Source: Alistipes sp. UBA934 (GTDB taxonomy: Bacteria; Bacteroidota; Bacteroidia; Bacteroidales; Rikenellaceae). From it: a stretch of DNA of 64,000 nucleotides. A program made the translations under genes and the position numbers. Below are positions 55,566 to 64,000 of this stretch, in pieces; the stretch's first letter is position 1; each line of letters begins with the position of its first letter. A model generated the notes under the pieces. The model saw nothing but the letters and a program-made list of their open reading frames with translations, searched no databases and was not told the DNA's origin. The stretch covers positions 311,654-375,653 of the forward strand of contig DBDK01000008.1 of the NCBI GenBank assembly GCA_002293535.1, read 5' to 3'.

Positions 55566-56936
55566 CTAATCCAAAAACCCTATCAACTCCTTCTTCATCT
55601 CCTCGTCGATGTCGCGGTAGCGGGCAAAGGCTTTCGAGCCTTCTTTGTGGCCGGAGAGTGCACCCACGAGGTTTGGGTCTTTGACCTGTTTGTAGATATT
55701 CCCGATGAAACTGCGGCGAGCCATGTGGGACGAGGCCACCTCATAAATAGGTTTTTGTACCTCCTGCCGGGTGCGCTGGTCGATGACCGTCACCATTCTG
55801 TCAAGCCCCGCCCGCTCGAACGCCTCCTTTATATTGTCGTTATACTTCTGCGACGAAATGAACGGCAACAAGCTCTCGCGCTCCGGGTCGCGGTAACGCT
55901 CCATAATCTCCTTTGCCGTCTCGCTCAACGGAACTCGTACCGTCTGCACCCGATCCTCTTTCGTCTTTTTGGGGATGTACTCGATGGCTCCGTTTATGAC
56001 ATTCTTCCAAGTAAACTTCATAAGATCACTAACCCGACAACCGATCAGACATTGAAAAACGAAAATGTCCCTCTGCACGGCCAACGACGGAGTGGCTGAC
56101 ATGTCAGCCTCGTAAAGTTTTTTCCTTTCATCGTTGCTGATATAGATAGGGGTACCGTACACGCTTTCGCCGACCGAGTACCCTTTGAATGGGTTGTTGG
56201 TCGTGTAGCCGTTATCGTTCGCCCAGATGATGAACGACCGGAACCGCGTCATCATATCCGAAATGTAGTTTTGCCCTCGCTCCCTCGGTGCTCCGGTCGG
56301 TGTCTTCCGGGGGCGATGGGTCTTCGGAGCTTGCTTTACGGAATAGGGCACTGCCTCGTATATCTCCGGGTACTTCTTGAACACCTCATGCTCGTTGGTC
56401 AGGAAGTCCTCGATGTCCTCCAACTGCTCATAGGACAGCGTGCCGATGTTCAGTTTGAAAGTCCGGTTACCGGTCGCCCGTTTGTACAACTCATAACGCT
56501 TAATACAGCGTACTAACACGTTGAAGTGTTTTGTACGGGACTCCGACAGCTTGTGTTTCGCCAGATAGTCGGCCATGATGTCGAAAAAGTCTTTAATTCG
56601 CTCTTTCGTGGTCTTCGATGGCTTGTGGAATTTTTTCACAAGCCTATCCATCCAATCTTTGGTAAGGACGCTCTTGTCGGTCGCCGAATTTATCTCGGCC
56701 TCAATCAAATCAGTAAGAGCTTTCAGTCTGGCTCTTTTCTCCAGTAGCGCGTCTCGCTCATCGCCGGGCGTGAGCGGAACATTAATGTCGTTTTTCTTAC
56801 CCCACCGCTTACGGTCGAGCCAAATCCCGGATGCAACCCGCAAACGAATATCGCGCGAAACATAGAGCCGGAGATGTATCTGCGATTCACCTGCGCTGTT
56901 GGTCGATTTTGTGAGGACATAGTTTGTTTGAGCCAT
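55566..56936 (-). CDS. Tyrosine-type site-specific integrase (Bacteroidota Arm-DNA-binding + SAM-like + catalytic domains)
   Basis: The start is at MAQTNYVLTKST (ATG 56934-56936). The catalytic residues lie in GCRVSDL, HMARRSF and AFARYRD. A TACCTTTG box sits at 56961-56968 on the minus strand. Confidence 0.92.
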   Translation of the reverse strand: MAQTNYVLTKSTNSAGESQIHLRLYVSRDIRLRVASGIWLDRKRWGKKNDINVPLTPGDERDALLEKRARLKALTDLIEAEINSATDKSVLTKDWMDRLVKKFHKPSKTTKERIKDFFDIMADYLAKHKLSESRTKHFNVLVRCIKRYELYKRATGNRTFKLNIGTLSYEQLEDIEDFLTNEHEVFKKYPEIYEAVPYSVKQAPKTHRPRKTPTGAPRERGQNYISDMMTRFRSFIIWANDNGYTTNNPFKGYSVGESVYGTPIYISNDERKKLYEADMSATPSLAVQRDIFVFQCLIGCRVSDLMKFTWKNVINGAIEYIPKKTKEDRVQTVRVPLSETAKEIMERYRDPERESLLPFISSQKYNDNIKEAFERAGLDRMVTVIDQRTRQEVQKPIYEVASSHMARRSFIGNIYKQVKDPNLVGALSGHKEGSKAFARYRDIDEEMKKELIGFLD

Positions 56937-56996
56937 CTTTACTACCGTTATTTGTTTCCTCAAAGGTACGGCTATTTTCGGGAAAAACAAATTTTC

Positions 56997-57027
56997 GTGT
57001 CCGCACCGTGTCCGCATTTTTGAAAAA
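56997..57027 (+). repeat. 31-bp repeat, copy 2 (gtgtccgcaccgtgtccgcatttttgaaaaa)
   Basis: 29 of 31 positions are identical to 51459-51489. It lies just upstream of the integrase promoter. Confidence 0.85.
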
Positions 57028-57141
57028 CGGCCAAAATTGCACCCGAACACATTCAATCAAAAACAATTATAAAATACTATTCTTCAATATATTATAAAAT
57101 TGTTTCGATTTTGAAGTTTTGGAAGCATTTGCATTCTGCGT

Positions 57142-57157
57142 ATCTCGTCCTGGGTAC
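57142..57157 (+). repeat. attR core (16-bp direct repeat)
   Basis: The sequence is identical to 51396-51411. Confidence 0.85.
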
Positions 57158-57159
57158 GG

Positions 57160-57195
57160 AAAAATAAGGGGAGCATAAATGCTCCCCTTATTTTT
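57160..57195. terminator. Strong bidirectional rho-independent terminator abutting attR
   Basis: aaaataaggggagca pairs with tgctccccttatttt to form a near-perfect ~16-bp stem with a 4-nt loop. It is U-rich on both strands and lies 20 nt downstream of the 57216-57989 gene. Confidence 0.75.
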
Positions 57196-57215
57196 ATGCG
57201 AAGTGGCAAATAGAT

Positions 57216-57989
57216 TTAGTGTTTTATGATGTGAACCATCACATTTTCACTATTTTCGAACGACTGTTTGAATTTATCGACATCCCGAATAGTGCTTATG
57301 TCGTAAACGATGAATAAAACACTTGGAAATTGTGTCTTATAAGCTAATATGTCATCGTTTAGCTGTTGAATAAGTGCTTTTTCATTTTCGTTACACAATT
57401 TGACCTCAACGGCTAAACCGATATTGTCGAAACTGAAATCGGGAATATACTCTTTGGAAGAATATTGTATATGAGGAGATTCCCTATTGTAATCTATCTC
57501 TGCCCCAATCAACAAATTCTCAAAGCTATCTTGAATTTCCTTTTCTCGCGTGGGTTGTGTCCGTATGGTTTTTCGCAATTTGTTTTCCGACAGAGAAAGA
57601 ACTTTCATAAGATCATTTGTGGCGTTTTTATTGCTCGGTGCTGTATAAACATCGTTTATAGAGTGATTTTCCAAATAATCTTTTGCGGCTAAAAGATATC
57701 CTTTAGCAATGCCGAGTTGCTCAATATATGCGTCTTGATTAAGGCGTTCCTTCTCTCCCTCAAAATCCCAAGCCTCAACTATGTAGCTGCCGGTAAAGCG
57801 CCAAGGAAGACTTTTAATATTGGCAAAATGAATCGAATCACTACCAAATACCTCATTCAAAAAGACAAGTGTATTAGTTAGCCATCGAGTATGTTCGGTT
57901 GATAATCTTTCGACCTGTTTTAGAGCATCTATCTCTGCTATAAGATTATCCAAACAATCCAATGCAGCTTCTTTTGTCCATTTTCCCAT
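57216..57989 (-). CDS. Hypothetical protein with C-terminal PD-(D/E)xK nuclease-like motifs
   Basis: 257 aa and AT-rich. The C-terminal part reads EKEIQDSFENLL ... IPDFSF ... GLAVEVKL ... VLFIVYD, which fits the E / D / ExK restriction-endonuclease-fold pattern. Confidence 0.65.
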   Translation of the reverse strand: MGKWTKEAALDCLDNLIAEIDALKQVERLSTEHTRWLTNTLVFLNEVFGSDSIHFANIKSLPWRFTGSYIVEAWDFEGEKERLNQDAYIEQLGIAKGYLLAAKDYLENHSINDVYTAPSNKNATNDLMKVLSLSENKLRKTIRTQPTREKEIQDSFENLLIGAEIDYNRESPHIQYSSKEYIPDFSFDNIGLAVEVKLCNENEKALIQQLNDDILAYKTQFPSVLFIVYDISTIRDVDKFKQSFENSENVMVHIIKH

Positions 57990-58063
57990 ATATGCGTTCT
58001 CTAATTAATAGGTTCAAACTACACAACAAAGATAATCAAAACCATACTATTCAATATTATTAC

Positions 58064-58071
58064 TATCTTTG
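58064..58071 (+). promoter_or_regulatory. -7 box TATCTTTG upstream of the GH16 gene (a second copy is at 58083-58090)
   Basis: Matches TAnnTTTG. Confidence 0.4.
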
Positions 58072-58093
58072 TTGGGAGTAAATATCTTTGTTT

Positions 58094-58969
58094 ATGGGAA
58101 AGAAACTTTTTTTGATTCTGGTGGCGATCCTACTGGCGATACCGGGGGTGAGAGCGCAATACCACGAGAGCTTTGTGGAGAACTTCGACGGAGCAGTGCT
58201 TGAAAATTTCGATGTGAATATAAGGCCCCAGGGAGACGATTTCAGATATTATTCGGGGGTTCCATCGCTGAGCGAGAAGGGGACGAGAGTGATGATCTAC
58301 AGGATGGATCCGACCGACCCGGCGGGAGCGGGAAAAGGTCCTGAGATTGTCTCGAAACAACTGACCTATTACGGCACATACTCGGCGCGCCTAAGAGTGC
58401 CGGACGTGACGAAAGTACAACCGAATCTTGGAGCGGTAGTCGGATATTTCACATACCACGTGGACGATGTGGATGGGCTGAGCGAGATAGATTTCGAATG
58501 GCTGGTGGCCGACCCGGAGATAATATATATCGGCACCTGGACGGGCAAACGGCCCATAGACAGGATCGGGCGGGTGATAAATCTGGCGGAAGGTGAGATC
58601 TACAACACCTCATACAGGGCCGACGGAGGAACGGACGTACCTTTCGAAGGGGTACAAAATCTACCGGAAAAGGTCGAACCGATAGAGGGCTACAACGCAG
58701 CCGAGAGGTTCTACACTTATGGGTTCGACTGGTTGCCTGACAGGCTCATCTGGTGGATCGAACATCCCGAAACGGGCGAGAAAGTGGTGCTTTGGGACTA
58801 CACGGGTACTACGCCTGACTTCAGCGGAATACCGAACAACCCCACTCACTACAGGTTGAACTTTTGGCACACGAACAATTGGCCGGTACAGACAAACCCC
58901 CACTCCATCGAACCGCCGCTATATCCTTACGAGCTGGAAGTGGACTGGATGAAATATGTACCACTATGA
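58094..58969 (+). CDS. Glycoside hydrolase family 16 protein
   Basis: The start is at MGKKLFLILVAILLAIPGVRAQ. The catalytic motif is SEIDFEW (ExDxE). Confidence 0.88.
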   Translation: MGKKLFLILVAILLAIPGVRAQYHESFVENFDGAVLENFDVNIRPQGDDFRYYSGVPSLSEKGTRVMIYRMDPTDPAGAGKGPEIVSKQLTYYGTYSARLRVPDVTKVQPNLGAVVGYFTYHVDDVDGLSEIDFEWLVADPEIIYIGTWTGKRPIDRIGRVINLAEGEIYNTSYRADGGTDVPFEGVQNLPEKVEPIEGYNAAERFYTYGFDWLPDRLIWWIEHPETGEKVVLWDYTGTTPDFSGIPNNPTHYRLNFWHTNNWPVQTNPHSIEPPLYPYELEVDWMKYVPL

Positions 58970-59511
58970 AAGAACTCGAACTACAAAAGGCATTTACGCT
59001 GATCGAACCGGGGCCGGTGACGATGATCAGCACGAGAGGACGCGACGGGAGGCCCAATGCAATGACACTCACCTGGATAACCGTGCTGGACTGGGGGCCG
59101 ACATTTGCATTGTGCACCGGGCCGTGGAACTACAGTTACGAGGCCTTGGTGAGCGAAAAGGAGTGTGTGGTGAACATCGCCACGGCGGATATGCTGGAAA
59201 CGATCCTCAAAGTGGGTACCTGCACGGGGCGAGAAGTGGATAAATTTGCGAAATTCGGGCTGACGGAAGTGAAAGGTTCGAAAGTGACGGCACCGATAAT
59301 CGGCGAGTGCTGGGCGAGTGTGGAGTGCAAGGTGGTAGATCACGTGGAGAGGCACAACATCTTTGTTTTAGAGGGAGTTAAGGCCTGGCACAATCCCGAT
59401 CACAAAGACAAGCGCCTGTTACACGCAATCGGAGACGGAACATTCACGGCGGACGGAGAGGTGTTCCATCGCCGAGCCGAAATGGGTGAAAAACTGCCGC
59501 CGGCCGTGTAA
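58966..59511 (+). CDS. Flavin reductase-like (FMN-binding split-barrel) protein
   Basis: The start is at MKELELQKAFTLIEPGPVTMISTRGRDGRPNAMTLTW, with an ATGA overlap to the GH16 gene. Confidence 0.85.
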   Translation: MKELELQKAFTLIEPGPVTMISTRGRDGRPNAMTLTWITVLDWGPTFALCTGPWNYSYEALVSEKECVVNIATADMLETILKVGTCTGREVDKFAKFGLTEVKGSKVTAPIIGECWASVECKVVDHVERHNIFVLEGVKAWHNPDHKDKRLLHAIGDGTFTADGEVFHRRAEMGEKLPPAV

Positions 59512-59517
59512 CAACAG

Positions 59518-60633
59518 CTAAGGCAACAACCGAAGCGTTCCCTTGAGATTGGTAAACGAGCCGTCTGGAGCGCTGATGTTGGTATAGGCCACGCCGTTGC
59601 CATAATCCTGAACGTGAACGACGTGGGTGTTGTCGCTCTCAGTCCAATAAACCATCCAAACTTGCAGAGCAACTTCGACGGGAGTATAATTAACGGTATC
59701 TGTTACCGGGCGCCCATTGGCGCGTTGAACCAGGCCTCTGAAAGTCATTGATTTTTCGTCGTGGAAAGTCAGGATAAAATCATACTCGCCACCGAAATTG
59801 ACCTCGACCTGACGGGCGATGGCGGGAAACGAGTGAGCGGTCTTCCAGGGGGTTTCGCCGGTGAGAACCTTGGCTGTCATTTCGAGATTGCTCTCGCCGC
59901 CCAGATTCGGATAAAGCGCTTTCATCGATGATATTACCTCGGCGGAAGTGCGGGACTCGTCGAGAACTTTTTCGAGCGCGGTCAAATAGTTGCGTATAGA
60001 TGCAATGGGATCATCGGAGGAAGAAGAGCCGAAGTGAGCCGGAATGACACGTGAGGGTTTCAGCAAGGCCATCGTGTCGAGTGCAGCGATCCATTTGGCG
60101 CGCTCCTGTTTGGTTTGTGAATCAGCAACCCAAAGATGCTCACCCTCATCGAGATAGACTCCTCCAAGAATAGTGCGGGACGAAGGGATCCAAAGAAATG
60201 CGTGCTGCTCGTCGCCACGAATCTGTCGGATCTCGATGCGCTCCCCATCTACCATAAAATGGTCGGAGGCGATGGCGGCGGGAACGATGATCTTTCTGGG
60301 AGCCTTGTCGCCGAGCTGAGGAGCCCAAATCGCAATTTTTTCGTCCTTGGTCGCGTTGATCAATGAGACCGTCTGCGGAGTGGCAAGAATCTTAGCGTCG
60401 GGAAACGCCTGCGAAATCACATCGAGTCCGAAATAATAATCGGGATCGGAGTAGCTCACAAAAATCGTAGTAAGCGGTTTGCCGGTCGAACGGATTAGCT
60501 CGACTACGGCCTGAGCGTTGTCGGCACTGAATTGAGCATCGATGAGCGCGACCTCCGTAGGGCCCTCGACAACCACTGAAGCCACCTGAAAAATTACGGG
60601 CCAAGAGTGGAAAATATGGATGATAGTATTCAT
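59518..60633 (-). CDS. MBL-fold protein with C-terminal lipocalin/MoaF-like domain
   Basis: The start is at MNTIIHIFHSW (ATG 60631-60633). The motifs VALIDAQF, SYSDPDYYFG and VIPAHF are MBL-like. Confidence 0.6.
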   Translation of the reverse strand: MNTIIHIFHSWPVIFQVASVVVEGPTEVALIDAQFSADNAQAVVELIRSTGKPLTTIFVSYSDPDYYFGLDVISQAFPDAKILATPQTVSLINATKDEKIAIWAPQLGDKAPRKIIVPAAIASDHFMVDGERIEIRQIRGDEQHAFLWIPSSRTILGGVYLDEGEHLWVADSQTKQERAKWIAALDTMALLKPSRVIPAHFGSSSSDDPIASIRNYLTALEKVLDESRTSAEVISSMKALYPNLGGESNLEMTAKVLTGETPWKTAHSFPAIARQVEVNFGGEYDFILTFHDEKSMTFRGLVQRANGRPVTDTVNYTPVEVALQVWMVYWTESDNTHVVHVQDYGNGVAYTNISAPDGSFTNLKGTLRLLP

Positions 60634-60702
60634 AATCCTATGGCATTCCAAATTTCGGGCCAAATTAGCAAGCGGGGAAAAGCCCTCGACGTGATCGACA
60701 AC

Positions 60703-60710
60703 TATCTTTG
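60703..60710 (+). promoter_or_regulatory. -7 box TATCTTTG upstream of the AraC/GyrI gene
   Basis: Matches TAnnTTTG and lies 5 nt before the ATG at 60715. Confidence 0.35.
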
Positions 60711-60714
60711 CGCT

Positions 60715-61602
60715 ATGAAAACAACCCAAATTTACGAGCAACGAATCGAAAAGGCGGTCGAATACATAAACCGGCATCTGGACGAAGAACTGGAACTGGA
60801 ACGAATTGCAGATGTCGCCCACTTCTCACCTTACCATTTTCACAGGATCTTCCGTGCGTTCAGGGGTGAGCCTTTGGGAAGCTATATCACGAGACTGAGA
60901 GTCGAAGCGGCCGCGAAACTACTTAGATACAGTGACCTGTCAGTTGAAAGCATAGCCTACAATGTGGGATTTGGCGTACCCTCGTCCCTCACAAAAGCGT
61001 TCCAGAGACTGTATGAGGTAACTCCGAGCGAATATCGCTCAAATAAAATAATACAAATTATGAAAACACATCAAACATCACCATCGTCGATCAAACTGAA
61101 AGCCCCCAAGATCGTGGAGCTGGAACCGAAAACAGCGCTGTGTCTGTCGTTTACGGGCGAATACAGCAGCATAGATTTCTCAGGAGCGTTCGGGCGTCTG
61201 TGGGCGGAAGTCAAAAAGCAGGGGCTCTATAGTGCAGGAATAGAACATATCGGAGTCTATTACGACGACCCGAAAGTGACCGAACACTCGAAGCTACGCA
61301 CGGACGTCTGTCTGGTGGTGCACAAACCGGCAAAGGCAGTAGGCGACATCACAGTGAAAGAGATTGCAGGAGGACGTTACGCAGTGTTTACGCACACTGG
61401 GCCATACGACGAAGTCACATCGGTCTATGACGCGATCTTCGGCGAATGGGTGCCGGCAAACTGCGACTGTGAAGAGTGCACCTGCGAGGGAAATTGCACC
61501 TGCGCCCTGAGGGACGAACCCGTCTTCGAGAAGTACTGCAACGACCCGACTAAAACCGCACCCGAAAAACTAAAAACCCAAATCTACTTGCCGCTCAAGT
61601 AA
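60715..61602 (+). CDS. AraC-family regulator with GyrI-like effector-binding domain
   Basis: The start is at MKTTQIYEQRIEKAVEYI. The HTH is IADVAHFSPYHFHRIFRA, and a GyrI-like C-terminal half follows. Confidence 0.88.
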   Translation: MKTTQIYEQRIEKAVEYINRHLDEELELERIADVAHFSPYHFHRIFRAFRGEPLGSYITRLRVEAAAKLLRYSDLSVESIAYNVGFGVPSSLTKAFQRLYEVTPSEYRSNKIIQIMKTHQTSPSSIKLKAPKIVELEPKTALCLSFTGEYSSIDFSGAFGRLWAEVKKQGLYSAGIEHIGVYYDDPKVTEHSKLRTDVCLVVHKPAKAVGDITVKEIAGGRYAVFTHTGPYDEVTSVYDAIFGEWVPANCDCEECTCEGNCTCALRDEPVFEKYCNDPTKTAPEKLKTQIYLPLK

Positions 61603-62885
61603 ATCTTTTCAGGACCGGGAACGGCCTCATAGAGCACGAAAGCGCCCTTGTCCGAATGATGGACGGGGGCGCTTTTTGTGACCTTGCCCTGCTTAACGAT
61701 AACCTCTTTCCAAGCGGGATCGACCGAGGTTTTGAGCGTGAGAGGAAGATCGAAAAGGGTCTTATCTAACGGGTGATCGACGCTGACGACGATCTTGCGA
61801 CCCTTCTTTGCAGAGGTCACAGTGGCGCTCATACGCTCCTTAATATACCGGGCAGCATCACCGAAAGTGGCAACCCAAAGCTCGTCCTTAGAAGCAATAT
61901 GGGAGAAGTGGGCCTCGACATCGGAAGTAGTCAGCGGTTCCCAGCCGATACCGTCGATGCCGTGGATAACAGTAACCAACCACATATTCTGCTGCTCGGC
62001 CGCGGTATCGACCCAACCGTTCATCTCGTCCAGAGAGGTGCGCGAAACTATGCCGCGCTGCCACTGGACATACTCGTGCTCGGGAGCGATGGGAGAAAGG
62101 CGGGAAGAGCGGTGAAGCTCAAGCATATAAGGCAAGTCCATACGATTACGAGAGACAGGATAGACCTTCATCATATAACCTACGGCTCGGTCGTCATTGG
62201 TGCCATAGGGCATCTCGGTCGAGATAGTCGAACGAACACCCAACTGAGAGAGAATCTCCTCGCGGGACTTTTCGAGCTCATAGACAAGATTAGCCTCGTC
62301 GAGCGCCGCCATAAACGGATGAGTGACCATATGGCTGGCGAACTCGTGACCCTCGGCGGTGAGGCGACGGGCGTCGTCCCAAGTGAGAGCGCCAACAGTG
62401 GTGGGATCGGCAGGTCGGGTGGGCTGAGATTCGATCTCGCCAGCGCGAACCTTCGCATAGAAGTCATCGAGAATCTGGAAAGCGGCATCCATTCTACCAG
62501 CGTCGATCTGACCTCCAGCACGCGAGAAATAGTCGTCGGCGCCCTTAACGGGAACGAACCTTGCGGCAGAGGCCCGCTCGAAGATGTTACCGATGTCGGT
62601 TGGCGTACTCTCGGTTTCGGCAATGATCTGCTCGATGGAGCGGCCGATGAAAATGGGCTGGTGGGTGGAACCGGGAATGGCACTCGTGTTGATGAAGAAC
62701 GTACCAGGCAGCCCCAGGCGGTTCATAATTGGAACTGCAACGCGGAATTGATTGATAGAGCCGTCGTCATAAGTGATGGAAACGGCACCGCGTTTGTCAT
62801 CGGGCCAACGGGTGATCTCGGTCTGCTGGGCGTGGATGGCAATAGTGGCGATGCACGCGAAAATGAGGAAAAAGGTCTTTTTCAT
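61584..62885 (-). CDS. Polysaccharide deacetylase (CE4/NodB) family protein, secreted
   Basis: It has a signal peptide, the SITYDDG motif and the HMVTH motif. Confidence 0.85.
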   Translation of the reverse strand: MKKTFFLIFACIATIAIHAQQTEITRWPDDKRGAVSITYDDGSINQFRVAVPIMNRLGLPGTFFINTSAIPGSTHQPIFIGRSIEQIIAETESTPTDIGNIFERASAARFVPVKGADDYFSRAGGQIDAGRMDAAFQILDDFYAKVRAGEIESQPTRPADPTTVGALTWDDARRLTAEGHEFASHMVTHPFMAALDEANLVYELEKSREEILSQLGVRSTISTEMPYGTNDDRAVGYMMKVYPVSRNRMDLPYMLELHRSSRLSPIAPEHEYVQWQRGIVSRTSLDEMNGWVDTAAEQQNMWLVTVIHGIDGIGWEPLTTSDVEAHFSHIASKDELWVATFGDAARYIKERMSATVTSAKKGRKIVVSVDHPLDKTLFDLPLTLKTSVDPAWKEVIVKQGKVTKSAPVHHSDKGAFVLYEAVPGPEKIYLSGK

Positions 62886-64000
62886 AGTTTTTGGGTTATA
62901 GCATCTGCAATTTCTACGACGGAGTCGCTCTTTTCGGGCGAAAAGCCCTGTTTAATTTCGAGAGGCGGGGCGACAAGTGGCCAACCCATACGCTCGGAAA
63001 ACTCGGTGAGGCGCTTAACGGCCACCCCGGCCCAAGTGAACCCGCCGAAGCAGGCGAACGTACGAGAAGGAATGACGCGAAGTTCGAGATCATCGACAAG
63101 CGCCTGAACCTCAGGATAGAGGTGCATATTATAAGTGGGACTACCGATGACCAGAGCGCTGTAACGGAAAATGTCGCGAATGACGAACGAATGGTGGGAC
63201 GAAGAGAGGTTGTGAACGACGATCTTCTGAACCCCGCGGGCAGCAAGTTCGCGCGCAAGGCGTTCGGCGGTCTGCTCGGTGTTGCCATACATACTGCCGT
63301 AAGCGATGACAACTCCCTTTTCGAGAGGCTCATAGCGGCTAAGGCGATCATAGAGGTCGAGCACTTTGGGGAAATCTTTCTCAGTCCAAACGGGGCCGTG
63401 AGTGGGGCAAACGGTCTTCAGAGGGAGCAATGGCTTCAGTTTTTCGAGTGCCTTTTGAACCGGGCCACCATACTTACCGACGATGTTGGAGTAGTAGCGA
63501 ACCATCTCATCCCAAAATCGCGAAGTGTCGAGCTGGGTGTCGATAATGCCGCCGTCAAGCGCGCCGAAAGTACCGAATGCATCGCCGGAAAATACCAGCT
63601 TCTCGCACGGGCAATAGGTAACCATAGTTTCGGGCCAATGAACCATCGGGATGAGGAAGAATTGGAACTCGCGACGGCCGAGGCGCAGTATGTCACCATC
63701 GCCGACGGTGAGGATGTCAGTCTTAGTCGGAGCGTTTTCGCCGATACCGTAGAAGCCCTCGACCATCTGGAGAGTTTTGGCGTTACCGACAATTGTTATG
63801 TCGGGATAAGCCTGCCGGATGGCGTGGATCGAAGCCGAGTGATCGGGCTCCATATGATTGATGATAAGGTAATCTACGGGACGGTCGCCGATCACGGCAC
63901 GGATGTTTTCGAGCAGGCGGCCGGTGAAAGAAGCGTCGATGGTGTCGATAAGCGCAACTTTCTCGTCATCAACAAGATAGGCATTATAAGAGACACCATA
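62882..64000 (-). CDS. FprA-family A-type flavoprotein (flavodiiron: MBL + flavodoxin), 5' end outside the window
   Basis: The frame stays open to position 64000 (YGVSYNAYLVDDEKVALIDT...). It has the NHMEPDHS di-iron motif and a flavodoxin-like C-terminus (VIAYGSMYGNTE). Confidence 0.9.
   Translation of the reverse strand, partial: YGVSYNAYLVDDEKVALIDTIDASFTGRLLENIRAVIGDRPVDYLIINHMEPDHSASIHAIRQAYPDITIVGNAKTLQMVEGFYGIGENAPTKTDILTVGDGDILRLGRREFQFFLIPMVHWPETMVTYCPCEKLVFSGDAFGTFGALDGGIIDTQLDTSRFWDEMVRYYSNIVGKYGGPVQKALEKLKPLLPLKTVCPTHGPVWTEKDFPKVLDLYDRLSRYEPLEKGVVIAYGSMYGNTEQTAERLARELAARGVQKIVVHNLSSSHHSFVIRDIFRYSALVIGSPTYNMHLYPEVQALVDDLELRVIPSRTFACFGGFTWAGVAVKRLTEFSERMGWPLVAPPLEIKQGFSPEKSDSVVEIADAITQKL

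Larger units (their letters stand above)
51396..57157. mobile_element. About 5.7 kb integrative islet inserted at the 3' end of tRNA-Leu(GAG)
   Basis: It is bounded by an exact 16-bp direct repeat, atctcgtcctgggtac, at 51396-51411 (tRNA 3' end) and 57142-57157. A tyrosine integrase and HTH/excisionase-like genes lie inside. I recognise no relaxase or phage structural genes. Confidence 0.85.

Noticed and set aside
51459-57027. Whether the short repeats (the GTGTCCGCA doublets and the 32-nt units at 55464-55528) could be a CRISPR array.
   Set aside because: There are only two copies of each, the spacing is not regular repeat-spacer periodicity, and no cas genes are present. No CRISPR array is present anywhere in the window.
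51396-57157. Whether the islet is a prophage or an ICE.
   Set aside because: I recognise no capsid, tail, terminase, relaxase, coupling-protein or T4SS genes. At 5.7 kb the element is too small. It is better described as a minimal integrative islet.
58011-58022. ggttcaaactac, considered as a possible third att/T-loop remnant that would bound the PD-(D/E)xK gene.
   Set aside because: Only about 7 contiguous matches to the tRNA T-loop region and none to the 16-bp core. This is indistinguishable from chance.
61773-63107. 444-aa plus-strand ORF.
   Set aside because: It is antisense to the CE4 deacetylase and flavodiiron genes, both of which have clear catalytic motifs. It shows the typical mirror-frame composition.

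Overview
This is a chromosomal segment from a relatively GC-rich Bacteroidota (probably Bacteroidales) genome. The assignment rests on repeated TAnnTTTG -7 promoter boxes, a Bat-like MoxR/DUF58 operon, a BACON-domain lipoprotein, an S46 peptidase, a DUF3276 protein and a Bacteroides-type tyrosine integrase. About 90% of the window is densely packed housekeeping DNA: ygiQ, dnaB, comM, comEC, aspS, nadB, xerD, SRP RNA, mltG, rlmD, trmD, maf, uvrD/pcrA, nth, rplS, surE, cysE, gnd and tRNA-Leu(GAG). Many genes are joined by 4-nt ATGA start/stop overlaps.

Two visibly AT-rich foreign insertions stand out.

1. A ~5.7 kb integrase-bearing islet is inserted in the 3' end of tRNA-Leu(GAG), bounded by 16-bp direct repeats at 51396-51411 and 57142-57157.
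- Its cargo is a tightly overlapping three-gene cassette at 51989-53704: a small single-pass membrane protein, a STAS-like/GHKL-ATPase fusion, and a DUF4325 STAS-like protein.
- I cannot assign this cassette to any named system. I consider it the best candidate for an undescribed conflict or partner-switching module.
- An AAA_14/DUF4143 ATPase lies inside the islet, and an orphan PD-(D/E)xK-like gene lies just outside the distal direct repeat (attR).

2. A single AT-rich gene (about 2116/2185-3270) is wedged exactly between ygiQ and dnaB. It encodes a nucleoside-2-deoxyribosyltransferase/TIR-like N-terminal domain fused to an unknown C-terminal domain.

Smaller observations:
- An S41 peptidase paralogue has lost both catalytic dyad residues.
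- The conserved N-terminus of mnmD lies upstream of any canonical start codon.
- An SRP RNA, invisible to the ORF track, sits between xerD and mltG.
- The islet has swapped the terminator of the tRNA.

All domain calls come from motif recognition by eye. No searches were run, and composition statements are visual estimates.
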